DNA of 64,000 nucleotides from Selaginella moellendorffii (Eukaryota; Plantae; Lycopodiophyta): NCBI RefSeq assembly GCF_000143415.4, contig NW_003314279.1, positions 1,562,735 to 1,626,734 of the forward strand, read 5' to 3'. Shown piece by piece: positions 53,107 to 64,000 of this stretch (position 1 is its first letter; each line of letters starts with the position of its first letter). The notes under the pieces were generated by a model. It saw only the letters and a program-made list of their open reading frames with translations, ran no database searches and was not told where the DNA came from. The position numbers and the translations under genes were made by a program.

Positions 53107-53545
53107 TCTCTTTTGTCCCTCTTCTTCTACCTTTGTTTCCATCATTTTTATCCCTTCATTACTTCTTATTGTGTTTCCATCATGCTCCTTTATTCCCTCT
53201 CTAGATCCCTCAGATAGTTTGTGTTGCACAGTGGATCAACTCAAGGAGTATATTGATATTTTAGACTTTGACTTGTTATCTGTGGCTAATATTGTAACAC
53301 GTAATCCTATTCCAATTAAGGATACTCATCTAATCAATATTCTTGTTTGGTGTTGGTCACCAAAGGAAATTAAGATTTTACAAATATTAAAAAAATGTTA
53401 GAAAAGGGTGTTATTTAAAAATCTTAAAATCCTTTATGAACCTCATTTTATGACAAAACTTAATAAGAGTATTTACTTTTGCCTAGACTAATGTTTATTA
53501 AATGAGATGACTATCTTAGATGTGTACACTCTTCTTCATATGATT
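53107..53545 (+). mobile_element. Decayed family A pol fragment (PR-RT spacer and RT N-terminus)
   Basis: Aligns to ~57885-58345, e.g. atcctattccaattaaggatactcatctaatcaa and ggtcaccaaaggaaattaagattttac. Confidence 0.7.
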
Positions 53546-54114
53546 AATCTTCACATTGGCCTTTTCTAGTTAAACTAATTCCACTGGAGTCTTCCCTCCT
53601 CTATCCATAGCCCAATTTTGTGACCCTTCCATAGGTACTTTCTAGAGATTACTTTTCTAAACTTATTATACCATTACATGGAAAGTCTGCTGATATAAAA
53701 CTGTCCCTTCCAAGCTCTCAGTGTTCTCACTGAGAAATGGGTCATGCCAGATTCCTTCCACTGTGCATTCTCGCACAGTATCACAAAGTTGTTGCTGAAT
53801 TCCTTGCCAAAGACAGTGGCAGTGGCGTGGAGGAGCTGATCCCGTTCCTTGCTGGATTCTGCTCCTAGAGACTAGGCGTGGACTTCTTGGTCATGGAGCA
53901 AAGTTCCAGGAGCATGGCATGGTCACTCTGTCCTTTCCTTGTCAGCATCTAGCCATACAGAAGCTGGCCAACCAACACGCTTGCATCCACTGTGATAAAA
54001 CCAGCACTGTGAGAATTGCAGTGGGATGACAAGTGCATGGAAACCCAGTGGTTGAGATGCTCGCAAATGCTTGCGTCCCATGATTTGTGTTCTCTAGCAG
54101 CCATGAGCTCCTGG

Positions 54115-54470
54115 ACAAAAAAACAAGTGATGAAGTCCATAGAGATATTACACCAACGGCTCTGAGGAATAAGTAAAGGTTGCAAAAGTCCCCCCGGATT
54201 CTCCTATAGCACCTTAACCCATTGACAAAGCTTGCATGATTTACAATACTTGAGGATATCAGCCTTCATATTCCTCCAATAAAAGTTGCGCTTAATCAAC
54301 TCATACGTCTTCTTCCCCCCAGTCTATCACTACCTCAGACTTGGCTGTAGTTTACTTGGAGAAATTTTTTCTTGATTTTGGTTTGCTGAAGACATCATTA
54401 GTGATCGAGATTCAAAGTTCACTAGTGGATTTTGGAAAAACTTTGCAAAGGCTATGCAAGTGACTTTGAG
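54115..54470. mobile_element. Two Gypsy integrase fragments in opposite orientations
   Basis: Minus strand 54325-54115: RNFYWRNMKADILKYCKSCKLCQ...GLLQPLLIPQSRWCNISMDFIT. Plus strand ~54330-54470: DIISDRDSKFTSGFWK. Confidence 0.7.
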
Positions 54471-56085
54471 CGAGACTTTTCGATTAGAAACAGCACCATC
54501 GTTTTTGTTTGGACGACTTACCTCCAATATCTGCCGAATACCAAAGCTGACGTCCACAGACTTCCACTCTATCCGCAGGAGCTCATGGAAAAGATCGTTG
54601 CACCACTTGATCCACTTCAAACTAAGCGGCACGAGGCTACTAGTGTAAGTGTGTAGAGCAAGAGCATGAGCTTGTCATGCTGCCTGCCACCGCCGGCTAT
54701 GGCTTGAGCTTTCAAAGCGTCAAGCCACTCGAAGGGCTGCTTGATGCTTTGGAGCTGAAGCAGCAGCCAGGTGAAAAAGAGGCTACTCACTGGGTCGCTC
54801 ACGTTGAATAGAGAAGCGGCGTCTATAAGGCACGTAGATGTGGGGGTGGAGGGAATCCATTTTGCGATGCTCACAACATCTGAAAAGAGTGAAAAAAAAA
54901 AGAGTTAATCTTGAAAGCTAGCACAGGAGAAAGGGAAGAAATGCATACTTCCAACTTCTGATGCCATTACTTTACTGGCTTTGAAAGTCAATTGATCGAG
55001 CTGCAAGGGAGAGTTAGAATCTGCTTCCAGGAAAAGGAAAAAATAGAAAGGAGAAAAGCTCACCTCGGCAAGCCTAGTTACAGTGGAGGAGCAAAGAAGG
55101 GTGGAGAAGAGCAATCGCGATTCTGGGCGCGATTGCTGCTGCCAACTACAATCTTGTTGCTGGCGCCTGAAGTAGTCAGTGGCAATGACAAGAAGGCGTC
55201 TGGCACAGGAGTGCTAAGAACACGAGCAATGGCCACGCTCCAGTGGAACCTTCCACTTGAGCTCAGACACAGTACAAGAGACTGTCCTGTCGGGCATGAC
55301 ATCGAAAACCACGCCCTCGCCAGGTGATCCATCTCGAGCCCAAACCGATCGAACGCTTAGCAATGACGTGAGGTTTTCTGATGGTGACATGAGCTATTGC
55401 TAGTGTAACGATGATAAACAGAGTCCATGGCGGGAGTTTGTGTTTGCAATGAGTTATGCTGCCAGTCATGCTCCAGGCCGCCTCTTACTGTCTCAAACTC
55501 TCTTCGAATCTTTACTCTTTCTAAGTCCTGCAGCATTGAGATGCTTTGGCTGGATGGTCGGTATGCTCTAGATAACACTTTATTCTTAGAGCTTCATGAT
55601 GCGAATTCAGTGAGCGTTTGCATGATGTTAAACTTTCTTTGTAGATACTGTCTATCATTTGTGCATTCAAGGTTGATTCAGGAATCACTAGTGGAATGAT
55701 ACTGTTTTTCTCAATAATTTTTGGACTGACTGACTGGCCTTTTGTGCGGGCTTGATCAGGCTTGGACAACATCAACTCAAAGTGCAAGTATACTTCAGAT
55801 TGTTTAGTTCTCCTTGGCTTGCGAGTAAAGTTACACAAATTTTTTGATATATCCCAACACGCTCAGCCTGGAGTGGCAGGTGACCATGCAGTAGTGAGAG
55901 ATGTGATTTGGTGACGATTGCGAGAGACGTGATTTAGTGAGGATCAGAGAATGGAGATCACTTCTAAGTACCTTGTGATTTTTCTATCTAGAAGTCAGAT
56001 ATTGACAAAGGGGGTAGTTATGATAGCTTTGATATAACTGAGATTCTATTTAAAATGGATTTAGCTGAACCTTTAAAAATGCCAT

Positions 56086-59000
56086 TGTGAGGGCAAAGTG
56101 TACGGCTATGATGCCGTATATTAATATTAGCATAGTGGGATTTTGGTAGCCATCGGATTGGTTTCAATCTGGACCAAGCTAGGGTTTTTGGGCTAATTGA
56201 TATACACATTTCTGTATTCCCTTTCCATATTCCATGCACTCGCATTGGTGGAGTTGAGGGGCACCTTTGATTGTCCCTGGGGAGTGCTTGGATTTGGGAT
56301 TTCGGTTTAGATCTAGCTTTTGCATTGTCTAGGTCTAGCCTTTTCCATTTCCTTTCTTTTGTTCTTTCCTTTCAGGATTTTGGTTTAAATCTAACTTTTT
56401 GCATTGTCTAGATCTACCATTTCTTTCCAGCTTTTTCTCATTTCTCTTCTTTTGCTCTTTCTTTTGCGTTCATCTTCATGGCCGATCCGCAATCTCCTCC
56501 TTTGACTCTAGAGCAGCAGTTGGTTCAATTGCTTGATGCTATGCGCTTGCAATTGAACAACCAAACTCAGTTGATGGCGGCGTTCACGGAACATGGTACA
56601 ACTCCTCTTGCTCTTGGTGCTAATCCTCGCGTTCGGCCGGAGTTCTTTCATGGGAATCCTGGGGATGATGTGTACCATTGGTTCGATCACTTCACGGTAA
56701 TTGCCACATATCATTCTTGGGATGATGCTCGACGTTTGCATGAGTTCCCCACATGTCTCTAAGAGACGGCATTGTAGTGGTACAATGGATTGAGCGCAGC
56801 CACTCGTGGCAATTGGAATGTTCTTCCGGACATCTTCAAATGCGCCTTCGGACACACCGACGATTGTGATGATGCCTTCCAACAATTGCATCGTTTTCAC
56901 CAAAGGCCATCTGAGTCGGTGATGCAATTTGGCGTTCGTTTCCAAAGTCTTTTGCTTCGTGCGGAGCCAAATATGTTGGAGCAGATCAAGCTAAGAATGT
57001 TGTGGCCAGCACTTCATCAAGATCTTGTCAGACTTGTGCATGCACTTGCTCCTGCCACTCTTGATGATGCTTTTCGCTTGGCACTACGTTATGAGACATT
57101 GCCTCTTCCACTTCTCACTACACGTCCTTCAGCTCCACTTCCTATGAGTGATGGTCCTGTTCCCATAGAGGTTGATGCTGCTACTACTCGAGTCCAAGGA
57201 CAAGGGCGAGGACGTGGTCATGGCCGTGATGTTCGTTGCTGGGCATGTGATGAAGTTGGTCATACTTATCGGCGTTGTCGACGCTTTCTGGATTGGCGAC
57301 CTCCATTTCCTGGGTGGAGACCTTGGCATCAGCAACGTCCCGTTGGTGCTGCTGCGGTGGAAGGTTTGGATACCGAGGTGCATCCAGGAAACGAGGAGTC
57401 CTACGAGTAATTGAGGGACCTTGCGCGAATAAGTTAGTGACCCCTCCATCTTTCTTTCGGGAGTATCATCAAGGGGTTCACTCGACACCGGTTCATCCAG
57501 TGTTTACTTTCCAAGCTCGTTTTTATAACAAGAGGTCTCCTATTCTTCTCTCCGTGTTGGTTGATACAGGTTCGAGTTTATCTTCTATTGCTCGACCTGT
57601 TGCCACACGTTGTTGTCTACACTTGCGTCGTGTGGCGGATCCAGTTTTTATTCTTTATGGCAACGGCCGTACACATGCCTATGCACGAGATGAGGCGGAC
57701 CTGGTTGTGCGTGTGGGCGATCTCGAGCTTGAGTTGCAGTCGTTGTGGGTGGTGCCGAGCCAAGCTTTTGACCTCATTCTTGGTATGGATTGGTTACAAC
57801 GCAATCATGCCAAGTGTGACTTTGAGGCTTTTCCCCTTTGTCTCATACTTCCTTATGTTTCATCCATTCCTCTCACTTCTGTACTTCTTCGTCCCTCTAC
57901 TTCTACCTCTACTTCCATTACTTTTGTTCCCCCACTATTTCCTCTTGTGTTTCCATCTTGTTCTACTCTTCCCTTTTCCGATCCCTCTAATGATCTTTGT
58001 GTTGCAGCTATTGACCAGCTCATGAAGGAGTATTTTGATCTCTTTGAATTTGACCTATTGTCTGGGGAGAAGATTGCCACACATCATCCCATTCCAACCG
58101 AGGATGCTCATCTAATCAAGGTTCCTGTTCGTCATCGGTCACCCAAGGAGATTAAGATTTTACCTGCAAACATCAAGGAGATGTTGGAGAAGGGTGTTAT
58201 TCGGAAGTCGCGGAGTCCTTGGGCATGTGAACTTCATCTTGTGATGAAGCCTAATAGGAGTATTCATTTCTGCATCGACTATCGTCCGTTAAATGAAGTG
58301 ACAATCCCGGATGTGTACCCTCTTCCTCACACTGCTGATCTCTTGGATCGTCTGGGGCAAAGTCGTTGGTTCACCAAGCTAGATCTTGCTTCTGGGTACT
58401 GGCAAGTACCAATGGCCGATGAAGATATTCCTAAGACTGCTTTTCGTACACCGTTTGGTTTGTACGAGTTCTTGGTGATGCCGTTTGGTTTGAACAATGC
58501 TCCAGCAACTTTTTAGTGGATGATGGACGAGGTTCTTTGTGATATGCCAGAGGTGACTGCTGACTTCATTGATGATGTCTTGATTCACTCGGAGGGGACG
58601 TGGGCAGAGCACGTTTGTGATGTGTGTAAAGTGTTGGATCGATACGAGATGTTGGTTTAAAGCTGAAGCGGTCGAAGTGCGTGTTTGGGTCCAAGGACAC
58701 AACTTATCTTGGGTACCGTATTTCTCATGAGGGTTTGCAAGTTGATCTTGACAAACTCGTAGCCGTTCTAAAGTTCCCTACTCCGAAGTGTGTGAATGAT
58801 GTGCAGCGCTTCCTGGGCAAGGTGCAGTATCTCAGTCGTTTTGTGGATCATCTTTCTGATCGCACTGCACCGTTGCGAACGTTGCTGAAATCATCAACGT
58901 CATCTTTCATCTGGTCTTCAGATTGTGAGCGGGCGTTTGTGGATCTCAAAGAGCTATTGATGACTCCTCCGGTTTTGGCATATCCTGACTACACTCGACC

Positions 59001-61079
59001 TTTTATTTTGCACGTGATGCTTCTGATATTGGTCTTGGAGGTGTGTTAATGCAAGAGAGCCAGAGTGTGCCTAGTCAGCGTCATCCCATTGCATATATAA
59101 GCCGTACGTTACAACCAGCAGAAGTGAACTACTCCACAACAGAGAAGGAGCATTTAGCGGCAGTTTGGGGTTTTGAGAAACTTCATGCATATCTACATGG
59201 TTCTCGGACGTTACTTGAAGGTGACCATGCTGCCGTTATTTCATTATTGAAGCGGAAGAACTTGGTTGGTCGTATTGCTCGATGGGCTTTAAAGCTTCAG
59301 ATATATAATTTTGATGTTGTTCATTGCCCAGGGAGTTTTATGGCTGATGCTGATGCCCTTTCTCAAGCTCCTCTTCCTTCTCCACTTTCTTTTCATATTT
59401 CTGATGAGCCTATTGTTCCAGCATCTGTGGATTTTCTAGACGAGGATTCCGTGCCATCGGTGGTTGCTGTACTTGATGTTCAGTGTCCACAAGGCATAGA
59501 GCAAGATTTACCTTCTCTTGATGAGGTTCGCGAGGCTCAAAAGATTGAGCCGTGGATTCGAAGGCTTCGAGATGCGTTTGAGGATCCTGCATCACTTGCT
59601 GATGACTTGCCTTTCTGGCATTTACATTCTCAATATCGTCTTGAAGATGGCCTTCTTTATTTTGTTGGGATGGATCCTGATGATCATTTATGATTGGTGG
59701 TGCCTTCTATCTTTATTCCACGGTTTCTCCATGCCTACCATGATTCTCCTGTTCTAGGTGGGCATATGGGACATCGTCATGTGACCGAGAAGCTGTGCAG
59801 GTCTTTCTATTAGCTAGAGATGCAACGTGATGTTATCCGGTATGTGCGTAGCTGCGTTTGGTGCCAAGCTCGTAATACTCCCCCTTGTGCTGCGGAAGGA
59901 CGGTTGGAGTCAATTGCAATTTCCCGTCCGTTTGAGTTGGTGGCGTTTGATCTTATGGGACCTTTTCCACGGTCAACTGCTGGCAATGAGTATGTTATTA
60001 TTGCTTCTGACTACTTAACTCGTTGGGTGGAAGTTGGTGCTCTTGCTAGCGCCTCTGCAACTGTTGTTGGATACTTTCTCCTCAATCGAGTGGTGTTCCA
60101 ACATTCTTGTCCAGAGCGGATTCTTTCGGATAATGGTCTTGCATTTATGGCTAAGGTATTTCATGTTTTGACATCTCGGTTGGGGATACGCCACACATTT
60201 ACGAGTGCTTATCATCCACAATTAGACGGTCTGGTGGAACGGCTCATTCGGACATTCAAAGGGATGATTGCAAAATATGTGAACTTTCAGCATTCGGATT
60301 GGGATGGTTATTTGCCGTCTCTTCGGTATGCCTATGTCACAGAGGTGCAGAGTTCTGTTGGTGTTTCACCATATAAACTCTTATATGGTCATGATCCAAT
60401 ATTACCAATAGAGTTGGGTTTACTTTTGCGATTGCCACGAGCTCCTGATGCTAGGTCATGGGATCAATATTTGACGAGCATTCTTCCACTTGTCCGAGCA
60501 GAGTCTGCCGAACACTTAGGCCGCGTACAAGTGGGACAACAACAGCGCTACAGCTCCCATCATCGTCCACCTGCAAAGTACAAAGTGGATGATTTGGTGT
60601 TAGTCCGTTTTCCCCATCTTACGGTACGTGGTTTATTTAAGGGGCTCCTTGCGTAGTGGAAAGGACCATATCGGGTATTGTGGCAAGTTGGACCGCAAGT
60701 TTATGAGGTTCGGCATGACATCCAGCAGGCCGATCCTCCGGAGATTGTGCATGTGCAGTAGTTAAAACGCTTCATACAAAGGGATCAGGAGCAATTAATG
60801 CCATCTACAGATCCGCCAATGCCTCATCCTGACGTTCCTCCAGATCCCGGCCCATCTACAAGAGAATCCTGATAGCCTTCCATTATTCCGAGAGGAGGGG
60901 ATGATGTGAGGGCCAAGTGTACGGCTACGATACCGTATACTAATATTAGCGTAGTGGGATTTTGGTAGCCGTTGGATTAGTTTCAATCCGGACCACTCGC
61001 TCCTGTATATAAGCTAGGGTTTTTGGGCTAATTGATATGCACATTTCTGTATTCCCTTTCCATATTCCATGCACTCGCA
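56086..61079 (+). mobile_element. Ty3/Gypsy LTR retrotransposon (family A, copy 2), near full-length, defective
   Basis: LTRs 56086-56244 (16-bp deletion) and 60905-61079, TSD CCAT, PBS 56246-56261, PPT before 60905. gag ATG 56478 with CWACDEVGHTYRRC, PR LVDTGSS, RT, RH and INT without a chromodomain. Scattered stops and frameshifts. Confidence 0.95.
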
Positions 61080-61825
61080 CCATGTTATTATTATAATTGT
61101 TGCCAACTCAGCTAAATTCATTTTGTCTTTTTAAGTAATAATTACTATTTCTATACATGGTACTATTTTATTAATTTGTTCTACCAGGTTCCAGGCATCG
61201 GGAGAAATTTTCAGGGATGCCATATCCCCCCTTTCCCCTAATTCCACTGCCACCCCACCCTTAGGTTTATTTTTGAGATGGTATGTGGTGTTTAATATAG
61301 GTATCCATGTCAAAGGCATACTTGAAAACTAACTCATGATTTCCATGCATCCCCTTAATTTATGAAACCTTTGTCATTAATTTTCTTCTTCTTCTTTTTA
61401 CTAATTTTTCTATTGTGGTAACATAAGCTTAGCAACAGTAAAAGTTCAAGCATTAGGAGTTCATTTCTCATCTGTTCTAAAAACTTTATGGCAAACTTTT
61501 TATCTCTATTATCAAATTTTTTTTTTCTCTCTGAATTCATAATAGCAACGCACATTTAAATGTGCAATTATGTTTTGAATTGCATGGACCTTTGTTCAAA
61601 AATTCAAATTAAACATATAAAAAATTCAATTAAAAATTATGGATTATCAAAATAAAATTCATGAAACTTTATTTTTCAAGATTGGAAAATTCAATTTAGA
61701 ATTGCATGATGAAAATTTTGCTAAAATTATTTATAAAATATTGCATGTATTAATCAAGCTCAACACCAGAGCGTAGGGTCATGCACCCTAAGCTCAGAGT
61801 CTGGGAACCTAGACCTGGTAGACAC

Positions 61826-62114
61826 ATGCTCTTCGTATTCACCACATACCAAAATACCAAAATGAGGAAATGAATTGGATCATTGGATTAGCCAATTAAG
61901 CACTTGGCATTGACCACTTGGACATCCAAGGCTTCTATTAGAGCCTCTTGATCCATATGCAAACTGAGCAACTTGATGCATGCTCTTTGTGTTCACCACA
62001 TACCAAAATACCAAAATGAGGAAATGAATTGGATCATTGGATTTGCCAATTAAGCACTTGGCATTGAGGACATCTATTAGAGCCTCTTGATCCATATGCA
62101 AACTGAACAACTTG
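61826..62114. repeat. Two-copy tandem duplication, period ~154 bp
   Basis: ttcaccacataccaaaataccaaaatgaggaaatgaattggatcattgg...atccatatgcaaactga occurs twice; the second copy has small deletions. Confidence 0.85.
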
Positions 62115-63465
62115 GTAAAAGAGAGGAGAGATTAAAAAAAAGTCACTACCTAAGTGTTCCATGAGCTCCATGAGTAGGATGTTTGGATCATTGGCTATGA
62201 TCTAAACAAACTAATTAGTCTTGCAAGCAAAAAAAAGAAGACAAAAAAAAAAACTCATAGAATCAGTGCTCTATGGTTTGCTTGTGATCTCAAAAAACCA
62301 GTTAGTCTTGCAAAAAAAAAAAGACAAAAAAAAAACTAGTCTAGACATCCAAAAGCTCTTCAACATGTCAATCAAGCTTGTCACCATAAAATCATCCTCA
62401 CTCCTCATCATCAACCCTGGATCAATCACATTGCCACACACTTAATTGCAGGGACAAAACTATGAATTTCTAGAGTGATCTCCCATTATCCACATAACTC
62501 AGCATCAAGAAATGATGCTGTGCCAGGGCATGCGATTGATGGAAGAGGAGGGTGCCTCTCTATGTGACTAGGGTTTGTGCATAAAAAGTTTGTTTAAGAT
62601 ATTCAATTCAATTCCAATTCAAATGTTTATAAACACTAGGAAATCTTACCCATTGATTACTTGAGAAGATTTAATCTCAACCATAAAAGAGAACATTCTT
62701 AGAATATGCTCAAACAGCTGAATCCTTGCAACATTCGATCATTACACGCTTACTGTTTATCTACTATTCAAGTCAATCTGCCCTAATGCAAATCATAATT
62801 TCTGTGTTTCTATACTGGAGTACACAAGACAAGAAGCACGAAGATTTGTGTTACAGCCCACGCATAGATTCCAGTCACAGGTGAATGGAAGAATGTTTAG
62901 ATCCACTTATGCGAAATTCTATTTATCTCTCTATTATGCTACTTTGATAGTCTTGATGTGCAGCAACTTTCCTCTTGTGCACTGACCCAGACAATGGCAT
63001 CACAAACTAGAACACCAAACAAGCCTTTGACACGCTAAAGTTCCACTGTTAGCTCTTTATACAAGTCAAGCTGACCTCCCACAAGACATTTGGGAGATGC
63101 TGCCCCTTGATTCAGTTGGGCGCGCAAACATTTTGTATTGATTTTCAAATTTTGGGGTATCACCATTTATTCTTTTAATTGGCTTCACCACCAAACACGA
63201 AGAATTGTTGCACAAGGAATCAGAGAAATCGAATCCATCACATTGTTGATCTATGATAAGAAAAAGATAACATTGATTAGTGGCTAATCGATTTTATTGC
63301 CTTTCACTTGACGGGAGCAAGACGTTCGCGGGGGTAGGTTGGTCGGTCATGAAATTGACGACTTCTTTGCGTGGGGTAAAAACTAAATGCTCAAAAGTCC
63401 TTTTTACAGTAATTCTTACGGCCGGCCGTACTTCGGCCTGCCATTGGTTACCGCTTAATGGCTTC

Positions 63466-63790
63466 CGAATACAGCCGACTTTTGCTATTGCGTGGTCAAA
63501 TCTTGCTGGCCTGTTGATGGAAGCAGGGGACTACGAAAGAGCTCTTGCTTATTATCAGGTTGGAAAACGCAAAGTTTATGTTTTCTGAATTTTTATCCAT
63601 GCAGGAGGCTATTCGATTAAAGCCAAACTTTGCGAACGCTCATTTGAATCTTGGGAACGCCTTGAAAGTAAGTTATGTGGCATGTTCCTAGTAAGCGATC
63701 TAAAGATTGTGGTTTTTTAGAATCTTGGTAAAGCTCAGGAGTCCTACTTGCGAGCCATTCAACTCCGGCCAGACTATGCAATTGCGTACG
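63466..63790 (+). pseudogene. SEC: Three-exon TPR fragment of the O-GlcNAc transferase SECRET AGENT
   Basis: Exons 63466-63558, 63605-63667 and 63721-63790 with 46- and 53-nt GT-AG introns give RIQPTFAIAWSNLAGLLMEAGDYERALAYYQ|EAIRLKPNFANAHLNLGNALK|NLGKAQESYLRAIQLRPDYAIAY. No flanking exons were seen. Confidence 0.75.
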
Positions 63791-64000
63791 GTACGCGCTA
63801 CTTTCCAAGCTTTCTGAATGCGTCCTGGTCGAGCTTGAGTGTGGAGTCAGACTGTGATCCCTGGCAATAGTGGTCTAACTGGCTGCGTTACCTTGTTTTT
63901 TATTTTTTACATGTGTGTTGATCATGGGGCCATCCTGGAAGCGTTTAAAGGGCTTCCTTGAAGACATTGTGTTTGACCGAATTCCTAAATGCTAGGCGGT

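Overview
Eukaryotic land-plant genomic DNA. Very short (~45-60 nt) introns and tight gene spacing suggest a compact lycophyte-type genome such as Selaginella; this is inference only. The left half (1-31.8 kb) carries minus-strand genes: the 5' part of an EF-hand protein gene, FTSH4, a full-size ABCG/PDR transporter, ELP3 and a secreted B-type lectin. A Ty3/Gypsy element follows, then a ~10.5 kb duplicate of the FTSH4-ABCG-ELP3 block. In that duplicate FTSH4 and ELP3 are pseudogenes, while the ABCG copy looks intact and differs mainly in its transmembrane helices, promoter W-boxes and splice donors. The right half (32-61 kb) is a nest of LTR retroelements. It includes a Gypsy element whose pol is interrupted by several spliceosomal-type introns and has a UUUAAAC + pseudoknot -1 frameshift signal. 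It also holds two 5S-rRNA-bearing Cassandra-like TRIMs, each inserted next to a gag-pol frameshift site, a LARD-like element with microsatellite arrays in its LTRs, and a second short-LTR Gypsy with a 4-bp TSD and tRNA-Ala-like PBS. An isolated three-exon fragment of the O-GlcNAc transferase gene SEC lies near the right end.
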